Source: Eutreptiella sp. 'Long Island Sound 2002' (Eukaryota; Protista; Euglenida). Taken from it: a stretch of DNA of 64,000 bases. Numbering within the stretch: the first letter of the stretch is position 1; each line of letters starts with the position of its first letter. A program made the translations under genes and the position numbers. Location: assembly GCA_964036045.1 (NCBI GenBank), contig OZ038378.1:176018001-176082000 (forward strand), read 5' to 3'. The notes beneath the pieces are model-generated. The model saw only the letters and a program-made list of their open reading frames with translations, did not search any database and was not told the origin of the DNA. Of this stretch, positions 45,790 to 58,324 are shown one piece after another.

Positions 45790-48466
45790 GGCAAAAGGTG
45801 ATCAGGGAAGGAGCGCCTAACAGTGCCAGGGGGGGGGGGGGGGGGGGCACAAAAATAATTCGCGGTATCACCGTTTTTTCGTACCCCTCCCCCCTAGGGG
45901 GGGTACGGCCCGAAAAAAAATATCCCACCCCTATGTGTAAAAAAGTTTCGCAACCCCAATTTTTTTCTAAAGAACACCACCAGTTGCTTTTTCATATTGT
46001 GTAAGTGTAGCCTACATAATGCTTTGAGGACCCCAAACATTCCCTATTTTGCCGGTACAAATTTGGACCCCTACATATCCCTGTCGGCCCAAATTTCAGC
46101 CACCACAAAGCGAGGGTGCTAGCCGTGGGGCCCCAAGAGTTTTGGCTTGGGGTAAAATTGGTCAAAATGACCTTCCGGTTTTTCTAGGAATAGTAGCAAT
46201 AGCACAGGTAGCAAACTAGGTGTGGCATAGGTGAGGGTTCGGCAATAGCACAGGTAGCAAACTAGGTGTGGCACAGGTGAGGGTGAGGTGAGGGGATCCC
46301 TCCTTTGCATGCCATACTGCTTCATACCGTTCCCTTGTTGCAGGTTTTTTTACGACCCCAGTTGAATTGGCAACGTTTCAACTGGTTTTATGCACAAGCA
46401 ATGTTGAACCCCAATGTGGGCTTGTGGGACATTGGTGGGGTGCAATGTAGTGGCGTTGTGAGCCCATTTAGCGTGCTGCAGGGGTGGATATAATAGTGAC
46501 GACATTACCAAGGTGGGGGTGGGGGGGGGCTTGTTGAGCCAGGAGGCAGTGATGACGGAATGACAATTACAATTACAATTAGCTCAGGCAGTTCAGGCAA
46601 AGATGATTCGGAATTGCAAGCCATTTTGGCAAAATGTGTCAAGAAATGATTGCACTGTGTGGACTGTCTTCATGGGATATACCAACCGCTGTGCAATGTG
46701 TTGTCTTGTGTTCAGGGCTGGCAGGTTGGCTCAGTAGTACAACGGTATATGCACAGGCTCATAGATTGATTGTCCTTGGATGAAATCCAGGGGTATCACC
46801 TGCTTTGGTGCCTTTTTGGGCCATCAGTCCTCTTGTAAAACTGCTGGCAAAATTGCTAGGTCAGTCAAACGGGTAAATCGTAATCGTAATCGTCATCGGG
46901 GGGGGGGGGGGCTGGGGGGGGACCCCCCCCCCCACTATATCCACCCCTGGCGTGCCGGACCTTCCCGTTTTGGGCGCCACTACCTCATACAGGACTTCTA
47001 CAACGTTGTTGACAACGGCATTGTCCTCAACATCTATGCCGGTCATGGGGTACACCCTCCTAGAGGCCATTTGTGTTGCTATTGGGGCGGAAACTACTTG
47101 GATCACACGAGGTGGCGGGTGTGCTAGTTGCACTTGTACATCATTCCAAGTCCTGAAGTTGTTGCATTTCACCTCCTTTGAAGACACGGAATTGATTCCT
47201 TGGGATAAAGCCAAGGAAACTTTGCTCTGCCTTGCAACCACCCCTCCTCCACCAACCGCACGCATTTGCTTTTTGATGGAGTACGAGGGTTTCTTGATTT
47301 GTGTGGGGAGCAAGAATGACCGATGGTTTTATGTTGATGTACAAGGATCTCCCCGGGCTCCAAGTGGTGGTGCACTCTATACCGAGTTTTCCACTCTTGC
47401 GGACCTTGTCGACGTTGTGCTTCTTCCCGATGGTTTGGCACGGACGGCCACCTCACCCAATGAAGCCCAAGCGTGCCAAATTTGGACAGTTACGGTTACA
47501 GTTACAGTTACAGTTACAGTTACTACGAAATATGAAAACAAATATGAATTTTGAATGTTCAAAAAATTTTTTTTGAAGTTCGTTGTTGCTGACTCTCCCG
47601 TCAGTCAGGCAGTATTAGTAAATAACGGCCGCGTGTTTTGTCACGGGCACTGCTCACGGTGTCTTGTCACCCAGAGCAGGTATACCTGTATTGCTAAGTA
47701 GATGAGAGCATGAAGGGAGCATATGCATTACAGGGCCAGCCTTCGCGAGCCCTATATGTTGTTTGGCACTACCAGGTTTAGCAAGGGTACAGGGGGACAA
47801 ATAGGGGGAGGCATCAAGACGGAGCACATCGCAGGCAGAGCAGGCCACCACAGAGCCAGCACTTACGCACCTCTGACTGTACATACTGAACTCCATGAAA
47901 CTCTTGAACACTGCAGTGGCTACAATCCCAGCTTTGAGGGGCTGAGGGGAGCGTTTGAAAACCTCGAATGAGACCAGACCATTAGCTCACAAACAAACGT
48001 TCCAAAAAGAAAATTTTGTTCAAAAAACTGTTTGAAATTGAATGTTCAAAAATGAAAGTTTCAAAATTGAATGTTTCTTTTTTTAACGTCATTATGTTTC
48101 AGACAGGTACCCGGGGATGTTGTTTGCTGGTTCGTGCCATTGTGCTGCGAAGCATGCCATGGAGAAGGGGCCACCGACGGCTTCATGTTGCAAATGGCAT
48201 GTTGGACATGGGCTAGTACCCGAAATAGCCACACAGAGGAACGCCAACGAGTAGCAAAGGCATGTTATGTGGTGGGAACACCGTGATTATGTGTGGTACG
48301 TGCGACATGGGAAGAAAAAATATTTTCCGTAGGACCCAATTTTTTTCGTACCCCAGCCCCCTCGGGGGGGTCACCCCCGAAAAAAAATATCCCACCCAGT
48401 ATCAAAAAATTTTTTCTTCCCGCCCCCCGGCAAAAGGTGATCAGGGAAGGAGCGCCTAACAGTGCC
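45790..48466 (+). mobile_element. 2.7-kb segment bounded by identical 38-bp direct repeats (45790-45827, 48429-48466)
   Basis: GGCAAAAGGTGATCAGGGAAGGAGCGCCTAACAGTGCC occurs at both ends; a second shared block (ttttcgtaccc...cccgaaaaaaaatatcccaccc) lies just inside each end. Confidence 0.55.
46952..47554 (+). other. Uncharacterised coding-like ORF ending in a (GTTACA)n tail
   Basis: 200-codon open frame with globular-looking composition (RICFLMEYEGFLICVGSKNDRWFYVDVQG); family not recognised. Confidence 0.3.
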
Positions 48467-49070
48467 TTTGGAACGGTGCTGGACAATTTATGACAATCTG
48501 CGGACAGTTGGTGTGCATGGTTGTGCTGCGGGATTCAAGAGATACTTGCTATGATGCCAGAGGGTGACAACCATCGTCGGATTATGGCTAAGCAAATTGG
48601 CACTCCAACCCTAATAGTAGATAAATGAGGACAATAAGAGGGAGGCATTGCTCGGCACTGGCACGATGTGGTGGAGGGCCTAATGCAGAGGAGCAGAAAC
48701 CATGATCATACGCGGAGTTCCAAACTTTGGTTACTAAGATCTATCCTGTCTTGACTAGGTCAGCATCCTATGCAGAGTAGTTGGAGGAATGGAGCATCTT
48801 TCAGTGGGAAGCTAGTTCTACCAGTAGGGTCTCCAATGAGAACCTGATAGCGTTGGTGAAGGCACTGGGTGCATCAATAACATTGTGGCCTCTCACTCCA
48901 AAGAGCAACATCATGATGGGTGGTCAACCAAGTGGAGTGTAGAGGGTGTCCAATACAACAACATGTGTATGACCAACGTAGCACATGTTGTACCGCCCTC
49001 AGCACTCAGGGTGCAGTTTTATGGGAAGCAAATTGTATCAGCATGTCCCTTCACAACGGGATACACAACA

Positions 49071-49131
49071 GCCATGTTCTCCATGCACTAGCCATGTTCT
49101 CCATGCACTAGCCATGTTCTCCATGCACTAG
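49071..49131 (+). repeat. Perfect 20-bp tandem repeat x3 (GCCATGTTCTCCATGCACTA)
   Basis: Read directly. Confidence 0.95.
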
Positions 49132-49229
49132 GTCATACACTTATCGGTAGCATGCTTAAAAGCATATGTGCCCAGAGCTGTGTGCGTACCTATACACACA
49201 ACTGGGATAAATGGACATCTAAAGGGCCC

Positions 49230-49536
49230 TTACATATGCTTGCCTTACCTTGTTGTATTGTGTCCACAAACCACATGAAGAGTTGATCTCTTCTCGTTGA
49301 CTGCCATGGCACTCTTGGAACTTGGGAGTGCCCTACCACTGCAGGAGGGAGTGATGCTGATTGCATGGCGCACGGCTCTTGTGGGGGGGTCGAATGTCCG
49401 CCACTCCACACCCACAGAACTCCACACCGTCCTTCTTGGTTAGCTTTCCTACAGTGACTTTGTTGGGACACTGGGACACCCAATGTCCAGCTTCTTTGCA
49501 CTTGAAACGCGTCCTTGGAAGCTTGTCCGTCGGCAC
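49230..49536 (-). pseudogene. Decayed CCHC zinc knuckle followed by a GRF-like zinc finger
   Basis: RFKCKEAGHWVSQCP (first Cys TGT>CGT), then FCGCG and, in another frame, LFMWFVD, like the GRF-finger ends CxCG and FFxWxD. Confidence 0.5.
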
Positions 49537-52500
49537 TAGACGTTGCCGCTTAGTTCTTCAATGCATTGTAATGATGCGTTTCCATGAGCATGACCATCCA
49601 CACCTTCTATACCAATAGGTCCTTCATCCAATCCTCCGTGTTGAGTGGCTAATATTGAATGTCCTGGATTGCGCTGACCACCACCAATGCATATCCATTG
49701 GTGCTTGGTGTGCTTGCTAAGCATGACCTCCGCGTATGTGTGGCCACACCCCGAACCTTGGGCCCTTTTGCCTTTTTGAGTTGCTCCCTAAGCATCTTTA
49801 CCCCATGCTGAGGGTCACTGTGCACTTAGCCTTATTAGTTGAGGATGCCCCGCATCTGGCTCGAATGGCCACAAAGACCAGAGCATGGAATTAACACAGC
49901 GACCCGCCTCACCCCCAAGACCATGGTTGTGGCACCTACGTACTAAAGCATGGCCCTAGGTGGGCTCCCGAAGTTCCATGGGTTGGATCCCGCCCACCCA
50001 AGGCTAGTGGGTGGCCCTAGCCATAGACCGCAATGCCAAGCCACTTACTTTCCCCACCAAAGGCAAAAAGCCCGAAAATGTTGTGCACCACTGATTTCTA
50101 TCATGTGGTGATCCGGTGATCCCTATGTTACGTTTACCACATCAGTGGTGGTTATCACCCTCCAAAATCCACTGTCATTGGAAGGATGGATTGTGAAGCA
50201 TGCCGGTGGCAGCATGGAATGCACACCAACGAGCAAAGGCAGCATTTTTCAGCAAAGGGACAATCATTCCACTCTCATCTACCAAAAGTATTTTTCCACA
50301 CCGGCTATGATGCACAAATGCACACAAATTCCTCTGCAAAATTAACACCAATTTGTACACTTGGAGATGCCAACTAGTACACTTACTTGGCCTTTATGGC
50401 CGCCCCCCTTTTGGCTCGAGCTGTGGTTGGGACTCCTGAAAATGGACACCCCCAAAGACACGGACCAATCGGGCCAGGTGGGGAGGTGACTCGGATGTCA
50501 TGGGGCCGGCACTATGGAAGGGATTGGGGCTGATAGGGATGTTGGACTCCGAGGCGGGGGGGAGGGGGGGACTAGTAGTCTCATTCGGAGTTTTGTAAGG
50601 AGATCAGCGATACCAAGCACCACAAACGGGCCAGAATGGGCAGCATGCGGGCAAGTTAGTGCGGGTGGCGGTCGTGGGGCGAGTTGAGGGTAAAGGGAAT
50701 CGAACTGGCGGTTTGGTAATTATGACCACAAACGGAATATGCAGCGGCCCCCTCCGGTGGTAACACACACAACGGGTGTGGCTGTGGTCAGGCATTTCAC
50801 TTTGTAATGGGAGTTGCCGTACTTGGTGGGTTTGTTCATGTGGTCAATGAAATTTGGAGTCCGTCGGCATTCTTCCCCTCCCATCTAGCCGGCAAGTCCC
50901 CCATTTTGCTTTGATATGGAACCTGTCTTGGTGTGGGAGCTGGGGGGGCATGGGGATATGGCTGGGGTGGGGGGCGGCTAGTTGACGAGAGTCGACCTAC
51001 CCAGAGCTGAACCCAGGCAACAGTCCTGAAACGCTAGCCCAACGTGACATGAACAATGGCTCGATGAGAGCTGTGAACAAAGGGCACGCCCCAATCTTAG
51101 CCAGTAGGATCCAGTCAAGCAACATCCCGACTGAGAGACAGTCAATGAACATTCTGATGAGCTTGAGTGATTGCTGAATTGAATCATGGCCCCGCGCATT
51201 GAATGCCCATACCCTCCACAATGAATGTGACATCCTGTGTAGCCAGTGCATCAACCTTCCACATTGAGTGCCCACGCTATTTTCCTCCAGCAGCTAACTA
51301 CCCCATATTGATGGCACCTACAGGGCACAAAACACGCTCTCACCATTTGTGGTTGTGGTGTGTTGTTCGGTTGAAGTGGGGGCAAAAGCAAGCTTCATTT
51401 TCTCACATTTTCTGCCCCACCCTCTCCCTCCGCCCCCCGCTCTTGCCGTCCACGTCAAAGGGCAACATAGTGTGCATGCATTGCCAACAACACAACACTC
51501 GGGCATATGGGGGTAGCAAATTGGTGGTTGCAGGAATGATTTGGGCCATCTTTGTTTGGTGATGGGTTTGGGAAGGTTATGAAGCCAAAAAAAAGGTCTG
51601 TGTTTACCCTATTTTTCCACTCACTCCTTATAATTTGTTTACCTTTCTGTCCATGGCATGATGTCCTTGCCAACGAGCAGTGCCCAAACAAATGCTGTGG
51701 AGTAATGTTTAAGAAAACCATTGGCACACCAAGGTTCCTCCCATATAGACATCACTCAGTTTGACACTTCAGTGTCTCACAAGGGTCTTGAGTTTGAGTC
51801 AGAACTTTTGCTTGCTAGAGTGGGAACAACTTCTAGAAAGGCTGTTTATTGCACAACCAATTCCGTAAACGTTGCTTTTTGCTTGTGGTGTTGCTGCTTG
51901 TGCCATCTTGTAAGTGGTGCAATAGTTGGAGCTCTCCATGTCCCAAACAAAGATACACCATCTTGTTGTGGCACCACTGCATGGCCCCTGCGTCGTTTGC
52001 TACCCACTCCACCTTTACATCCACCCACCAACAACCATTGGCTATTACCACCACAAACCCTCCCCACACACTCCACTTGGTGGCATTTCTTGTGGAGCAC
52101 CGTTGTAGCAGGGATCGCAGGTGCCACGGGCCAGGAATAATAGATCTCTTACAACCCAACAACACCAGACCCAACAATAAGAAGAACAAAGCACTATTTA
52201 CCAGGCATTTGTGGTACCTGTCGAAAAATGGTTGGTTGTGGGGATTGATCTTTTGACACCATGCCCCTCCACAAAGGAGGGACTACAGCCCTATTCCAGA
52301 GGTGCACTGTAGGCGCACTGCAGACCTGCAGGGTAGTACCTTGTGAAATCGCAGCACTCAGCACAACACGACCTGCGTCCAGTCCACTGGATAGTCAAGG
52401 AGTGCTCGGTGGTCTCAGGCCGTGTGTCCACCTCTTTAAGGTACAATCAGCAAGAGCCAGAGGCTGGCCTGTGCTTATTTTTTTTGGCAAGGCTCCCCCC

Positions 52501-53540
52501 CCCCCCCCCACAAGTGACCATTGTGTGAAAAAACCAAATTCCCAATAGAGAAAATCATGTCGGGCCATTTTTGGTACACAAATCTTTGAAACCTTTGCCC
52601 CCCCCCCCCCCCCACAAAAGAAGCCCGTTTAAGCCCTGGCCAGGGGCACCAAAACTCTCTTCGGGTACCATTGTGGGTTTGCCTTGGAGGCCTATAGACT
52701 CCTCCTTCCCAGCACATGCACAGGCATGGGGGTATCTCCCGCCCGCATGTGCTATGGATGGGTTTCGGGGCTGTTAATAGTCCGGTTCGCCTGGAGACCA
52801 CACTTCCAAGGTCTGTGCCAAGACAGGGATGGATGCATGACTGTGAGCTTTGATCCCCATGAGCTGCATCCCAGGCCAGGACCCCCCCCCCCCCCTCATG
52901 CGCACCATGACACAGCAACAGCAATTGAACACACAGACACACGGCAGAACACACCATAGGACTACCACAGCAACTGAGAGCCGAAGGAGTGCTTGATCAC
53001 AGTAGCAGTGGGAGGTAAGACACACAGTATGTCGCATGCAGGCAGCACTTGCCGATATATAAGTCATCAGGTGAACACGCACGAATGTTGCAGTTTGATT
53101 GTAGATATGGATGTAGTTTTATGACGGATGAATACATTGTGCTTCATCTAGATTGTCCATAGCATATCCTCTCGAACACAAGAACAGTTGCAGTTTGAAT
53201 GATGATTGCGTCCTCATGCGCCCCAGCCATGGAAAAGATCCCAGGCCAATCTGTAGCCAGCAGCAACATCAGCCATCTGCATTCTGGGGGTTTAGCCCTA
53301 GAAAACTTCAACACGTGTGGTACACCAGAAGCAGAAAAATCAATCTGCCTCACTTGACCATTTTGCCCCCCCACTCCCTGGCCCCCCACCCCACAGTGCT
53401 GCTCACACTGGTGGATCGTCGTCAACGCTGATGCTTTGGGCTGGTTTGTGCCAATCGTTCCTTTGCGGTCCAACCCCTCTGCATAAATTGAGTGGCCATT
53501 GATTTGACCTCAGCCTGACCTGCCCCATCCTGCTTCATAG

Positions 53541-53854
53541 GAGCTGCGCATCCTACGTCATTTCATGAGCCCGATTCTCAAGCGAAAAATCCATTTTCTG
53601 CGGAAGCACATAAGGCAAGCAACCCTCCAACGGTCAGCAAAGTTTCGCCTGTCGTTCCCAACGATGCAGACGCTGCGCAATTGTGGCGTCATGTTTCAGC
53701 CCTGGCCGGAGGAGACACTGCAGAGTTTTGCCGGGAAGCTGGCCCCTGTGATATTTGAAGCCGGAGAGTACATATGCCATCAAGGGGACCCTTCAATGTG
53801 TCTGTACATCTTGACCTCTGGCACCGTGGAAGTAATCCAACGGGACGGGAACCG
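53541..53854 (+). CDS. Multi-cNMP protein, exon 4 (first cNMP-binding domain, N-terminal half)
   Basis: LRNCGVMFQPWPEETLQSFAGKLAPVIFEAGEYICHQGDPSMCLYILTSGTVEV is a classic CAP_ED pattern. ttcatag|GAG...CG|gtgtgc, phase 2. Confidence 0.9.
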
Positions 53855-56579
53855 GTGTGCTTGCTCTTCGTCACTCATGGCCCGCGCAAGCCTGTTCTCG
53901 CGTATTTGCTGGCCAATGGGCTTGTTGGCGAGCGATGCCATGCCTCTTCTCTGTGTGCATTGGAAAGTGCCAGATAATTCATGCTGGACCCCAGATTAAG
54001 CTTTTATGGCTCTCCCTTCTTCACTTTCCCATCCGCCCCTGGGTCCTGCTTTTGTGCCTACAATGCATGCCAGAAAGTTAGTTCCACAGTATTTTCCTTT
54101 GAGGGCCCACAATGAGTGTCTGAGGTTGAAGCAATGTTTGTCTGTCATGACGTCTTTCAGCCGTTTGCAACCCTGCAGAAAACTGTGGCGGGTGAATGTC
54201 AAACACACTACCAAAAGACGAGGAGCTCACAACCTAGCCCCCCCCCCCCCCAAATGTCGCCCCCCCTCCGCCTTCCAGAAAGAAGAAACATGCCTCCCAG
54301 TCGCTGGCCCCACAGGAGGGCCAGCCAGGTGTTGTGCCCTCACGGCCCCCTTGGCTAACAGGGCTGTAGTGCCACAACACGGGAACGTTCCCGGGTTGGT
54401 CCCAGGGCAGGGAAGCGCTCTGTGCGCCCTGGGACCTCTCCAACAGCCCCAGGCACGTCCCGAGGCCGTGGGATGCTGGACCCAGCCGGGGTGGTTGCAC
54501 AACCTGTGCCAAATGGCAGTCAAGGAGTGCGGGTCCTCCCCAGTCATGCCGCGCGCTGCAGCTGCCCTTGTGCCATGCAGTCGTCGGGTGGCTTGGCAGC
54601 ATGTCCCTGTGACTAGGAGGTAGCGAGCCCTGGCCCACTACTCCGCGGTGGGCTCAGCATCAGGCTCCCGACCGGGCCCTGAGCACGGCGCACACACAAC
54701 CCGGACAATAACCAACTGTAGAGCGAGCAGGTGTGCCACCATGCCCCCCCCCCCCCCCCACGCTGCGCTCTTGCACAGGTGGAAACAAGGGGAGCAGGAC
54801 CTGACGGTACCCTGCCAGAGGATGGTTCTCACGTCCCAGGACACACACAGGCGGTGTCTCCCGCCCGCAAACGCCACCGCGGGTTTGGGGGCTGTCAGCA
54901 GTCCAGCAGGCCTTGCGACCGCACACCTGAGTACGCCACGCCCAGTTGAGTCCTGCACAGAAGGCAGCATGGACCATGGGACAGGGGCGACCAGGAGAGG
55001 CCTCAACCCAACCCAACCCAGTTGTTGGCCCCACATCCGGAACACAGAATCTGGCCAGGGGCTTATTACTTAAAAATCACCAATGTTTTCTTTTCTTTTT
55101 GCTTGTGCCATTTACTGGCTCTACAGTAGTAGCTGATGGGCATGCAAGATTAGTTTGCTCATAAAGGTATGCTACCTGAGAAGTGTCATATTGATTCCTT
55201 AAGGGCTCTGGATGACTATTGTGACTTCCTAGAGTGTTGGGTGTAAGTTGCTTATTTTTTTTCTGTAGGTTGCATGAACCTTTTTTTTGGCGCAAGTCGC
55301 ACGGAAAAAAAACTTGAATATCCCATGGGTGCGCGACCTACGCCAAAGAGGAAAGTCCACGAGTTGCGCATTTTCTTTACCCGATCTACATAAAAAAAAG
55401 TGCACGCAACATACAGCCAGAAAAAAAGGTGCACGCTTAGTTTTACGTGACCCACATCCAAAAAGGAAGTACACGCGACCTACAGCCCCCCCCCCCAAAA
55501 AAAAAGAATGCAGATGACCTACGCCAACAAACAAAAATGAACACCGCCAACCTTTCTTTCTTTTGAGAGGGCTATGCTGCCACTTTGAATCGTCCCTGCT
55601 GTAGGGATGCCGAGATGGCACGGGTTTTGTAGCCCTTTTTTGGGGGTCCCTGAGATGGCAGGGGTTATGTGACCATTTTGCCCACATGTGGGCCCACAAG
55701 ACGGCATGGGTTATGTCCCCCACATTGGGGACCCCCAAGACGGCACATACTGTTTTTTTTTTTTGGCGTATTGCATGCACTTGTTTTTTTTTTGCGTAAG
55801 TCACGTGTGGAAATAAGTGACAATTTTTTTTTGGCGTAAGTCACGTCCACTTTTTTTTTGGTGAAAGTCGCACACACATTTTTTTGAGCAAAAAAAAGAG
55901 AATAACAAGAAGCACCCAACAACCACCATTGCTACCGGAGGAGGTGAAGAATATAGCCCCCGCGCACATTTTGGGTACCTCGGGCACGGGTAAAGCAGTG
56001 GAGCTGTGGAATGAAGGGAATGATTTGCGGGGAGAGGAGAGAAGAGGAGACAAGAGAAAGGAAGAGGATAGTGCTACAAAACATGCACCAACTACGATAA
56101 GTGGGTGAATACACATTTGTAGATCAAATCAGACTTCAATATCACTTGAATAGAGGAGTCGTTTTTTCCCCTTGGTGCTCGAAACCATAGCAGATTCATG
56201 GGCCACAGCTGAAGAGGAGGCCTCATTTACCTCGGCAGCCCCAGTTGTACAAATATTCTACAATTGCTCATGAGGAATATAGGGGTACAACTTTGCCTTG
56301 GCACCATTGGGTCTTACATCATGGCACAACGCCATGCAAATCGCACGCCTAGTCCACCAGTGTTCCCATTGGGCTGCAAGCCCCGTGTAGAAAAGCCTGC
56401 AGATCAACACCACAGAAAGGGGTGAACAAGCTAGGAGCCAACCCTTCAGTGGTGTTGTTAAACCTCAAAATGGCAGTCCTTGTCTGCTCTTCTGCTGGTA
56501 CAAGGGCTTGATACCCTTTTGGCACCCCTTCCAAGTTAGAGGCCGGCACAACCTGAGGTGTGACCACAAGAGACACTGC

Positions 56580-56720
56580 ATGCGAAGGAAGAAGCCACGG
56601 CATGAGATTGAGGACCAGTGGATGCAGCGGGGCAGGGGAGCCAACAAGGCAATGGAAGAGTTCTATTGTGACCCAGGGACGGTATCAAAGTAGTTGGGAT
56701 TGGTCCCCGCCACCAAAGCC
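56580..56720 (+). mobile_element. Possible transposase helix-turn-helix remnant
   Basis: HEIEDQWMQRGRGANKAMEEFYCDPGTVSK*LG resembles the Tc1/pogo N-terminal HTH; contains an in-frame stop. Confidence 0.3.
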
Positions 56721-57474
56721 TGCCATGGAAGCAAGCTTGTCGTGGGCGCACACTAATGTGTGGAGGAAATGGGGATGCCCCAGCGCAAAGTGTGCACACT
56801 GCAACCATTTGGCTGTTCGGCCTGACCAAGCACCTGCAGTCTGTGCTGGGGTTAATGAGCCATTTCCGTTTTCCCCATACGGCAGGGCTCATGTAGGCAT
56901 TTCACCTTTTACTGAGAGTCTAGGCAATATTGCTTGGATCTGTCCTTTGTCCCCTACTGCATGGGCTGATGTGCTCATTCAGGACTGTGAAAGGCCAAAA
57001 AGGACAAGGGGGCATTATATGGATTACCACGTGGGGTCTATGGATGGTGCATACAAGGAATGCCCCCATGTAGTGGTGCCTTTCATTGGCCGAAAGTCAT
57101 CGTAAGGACCATATGGATGGGAGCTGGTACTGATTTGCATGAATATGGGCATGTAATTTTGCATTGGCAACAGTACAAAACAACTGTGCAGTGCGGGGCT
57201 GGGTGGCCTGGTTTTGAGGGCGTTTGGAAGCAGTTGGCCCAAGGCCTTTTTGGGGGGGGCTTGCAAAAACTAAAAGTACCGTGCAGTGGCGCACAGTACA
57301 AGGATTCCCCCCAATGTCACCTCACCTCGCCTCACCTCACCTCAAACCCATGTTGAATTTCTTGCTAAGTGTCCCATTTGGACAGTTCGCCTTCCCCGTG
57401 ACTGTAGTTGGCCTGTGTGTCCGCTAAGGCGCCCCAGCGCTGGCTATGTGGGCCTTTGCCTGCCGCTCTCTCAG

Positions 57475-57664
57475 GTGTGGCAAAGGCAGAGGCAAGACTT
57501 CTGGGATATCTCTTGCCACATTGGGTTCCCCAACGTACGTTGGGCAGTATGGCGTGTTTGCCAACGAGCCCAGGGCTGCGACTTTGTGTTGCACTGAGAT
57601 GGTGGTGGCATGGGTTTGCAGCAAGGAGGACTTCGTGACTCACTTGAGAGCACTGCCACCGAAG
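57475..57664 (+). CDS. Multi-cNMP protein, exon 5 (phosphate-binding cassette of domain 1)
   Basis: YVGQYGVFANEPRAATLCCTEMVVAWVCSKEDF corresponds to FGE...PRAATV...W.L.K.DF. ctctcag|G TGT (phase 2)...AAG|gtacgt. Confidence 0.88.
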
Positions 57665-58102
57665 GTACGTGTTCCGTTGGGTGCAATAAATGAAGCATGC
57701 CCGCACCATCGATGTCATGAATGACGTATACATGCACGAAGAGGCGTGTTACAAAGTCACATGTCATATGCCACAAAAAGGATTTGCCCGTCCGACCAAT
57801 TCAACGCACCAGAGGGGTCACAACTGATGTCCGGCTGCACCGGACAGGTACCAATGGTGCGTGCCTGCAGCAGGTCACGAAGGATGTCACGAATGATATA
57901 TGCTGGCACTGAAGTGATCACCAATGATTCTGCAGACCTGCGTTGCTTCTGACCGTGACGGTCGTCTGACCGGGATGTTCACGGCCTCATCGGCATCCAA
58001 CCGGGGTTGGTTCCACCCGGGACGCCGCATCCTGTCGCAAACCGCATGCCTGCACTAGGGATGTTACGAGCACCCGTCCATTGTCCTGCATGTCCGCCCC
58101 AG

Positions 58103-58324
58103 ATATTTAAACAAGTCAGCTCGGATTTCGAACAGTCCATGGCCTCGATTTATAAAGTGACGGCGCTGTCTCTGGCCCAAACGAGCCTTTTCAAGGGCTG
58201 GAACATGGACACCTTGACATCCCTGTCCGCCAGAATGCAGCCGGTGCTGTTCCCACCAAACACGGTGGTCTTCACCAAGGATAAGTGGGAAGAAGCCGCG
58301 CGCTTTCTGTACGTTATTGCAAAG
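58103..58324 (+). CDS. Multi-cNMP protein, exon 6 (second cNMP domain start)
   Basis: LAQTSLFKGWNMDTLTSLSARMQPVLFPPNTVVFTK...FLYVIAK; ccccag|ATA...AAG|gtcctg, 222 nt. Confidence 0.85.

Noticed and set aside
30745-49131. Short tandem arrays (31, 20 and 81 bp) as CRISPR arrays
   Set aside because: Head-to-tail repeats without unique spacers; no cas genes.
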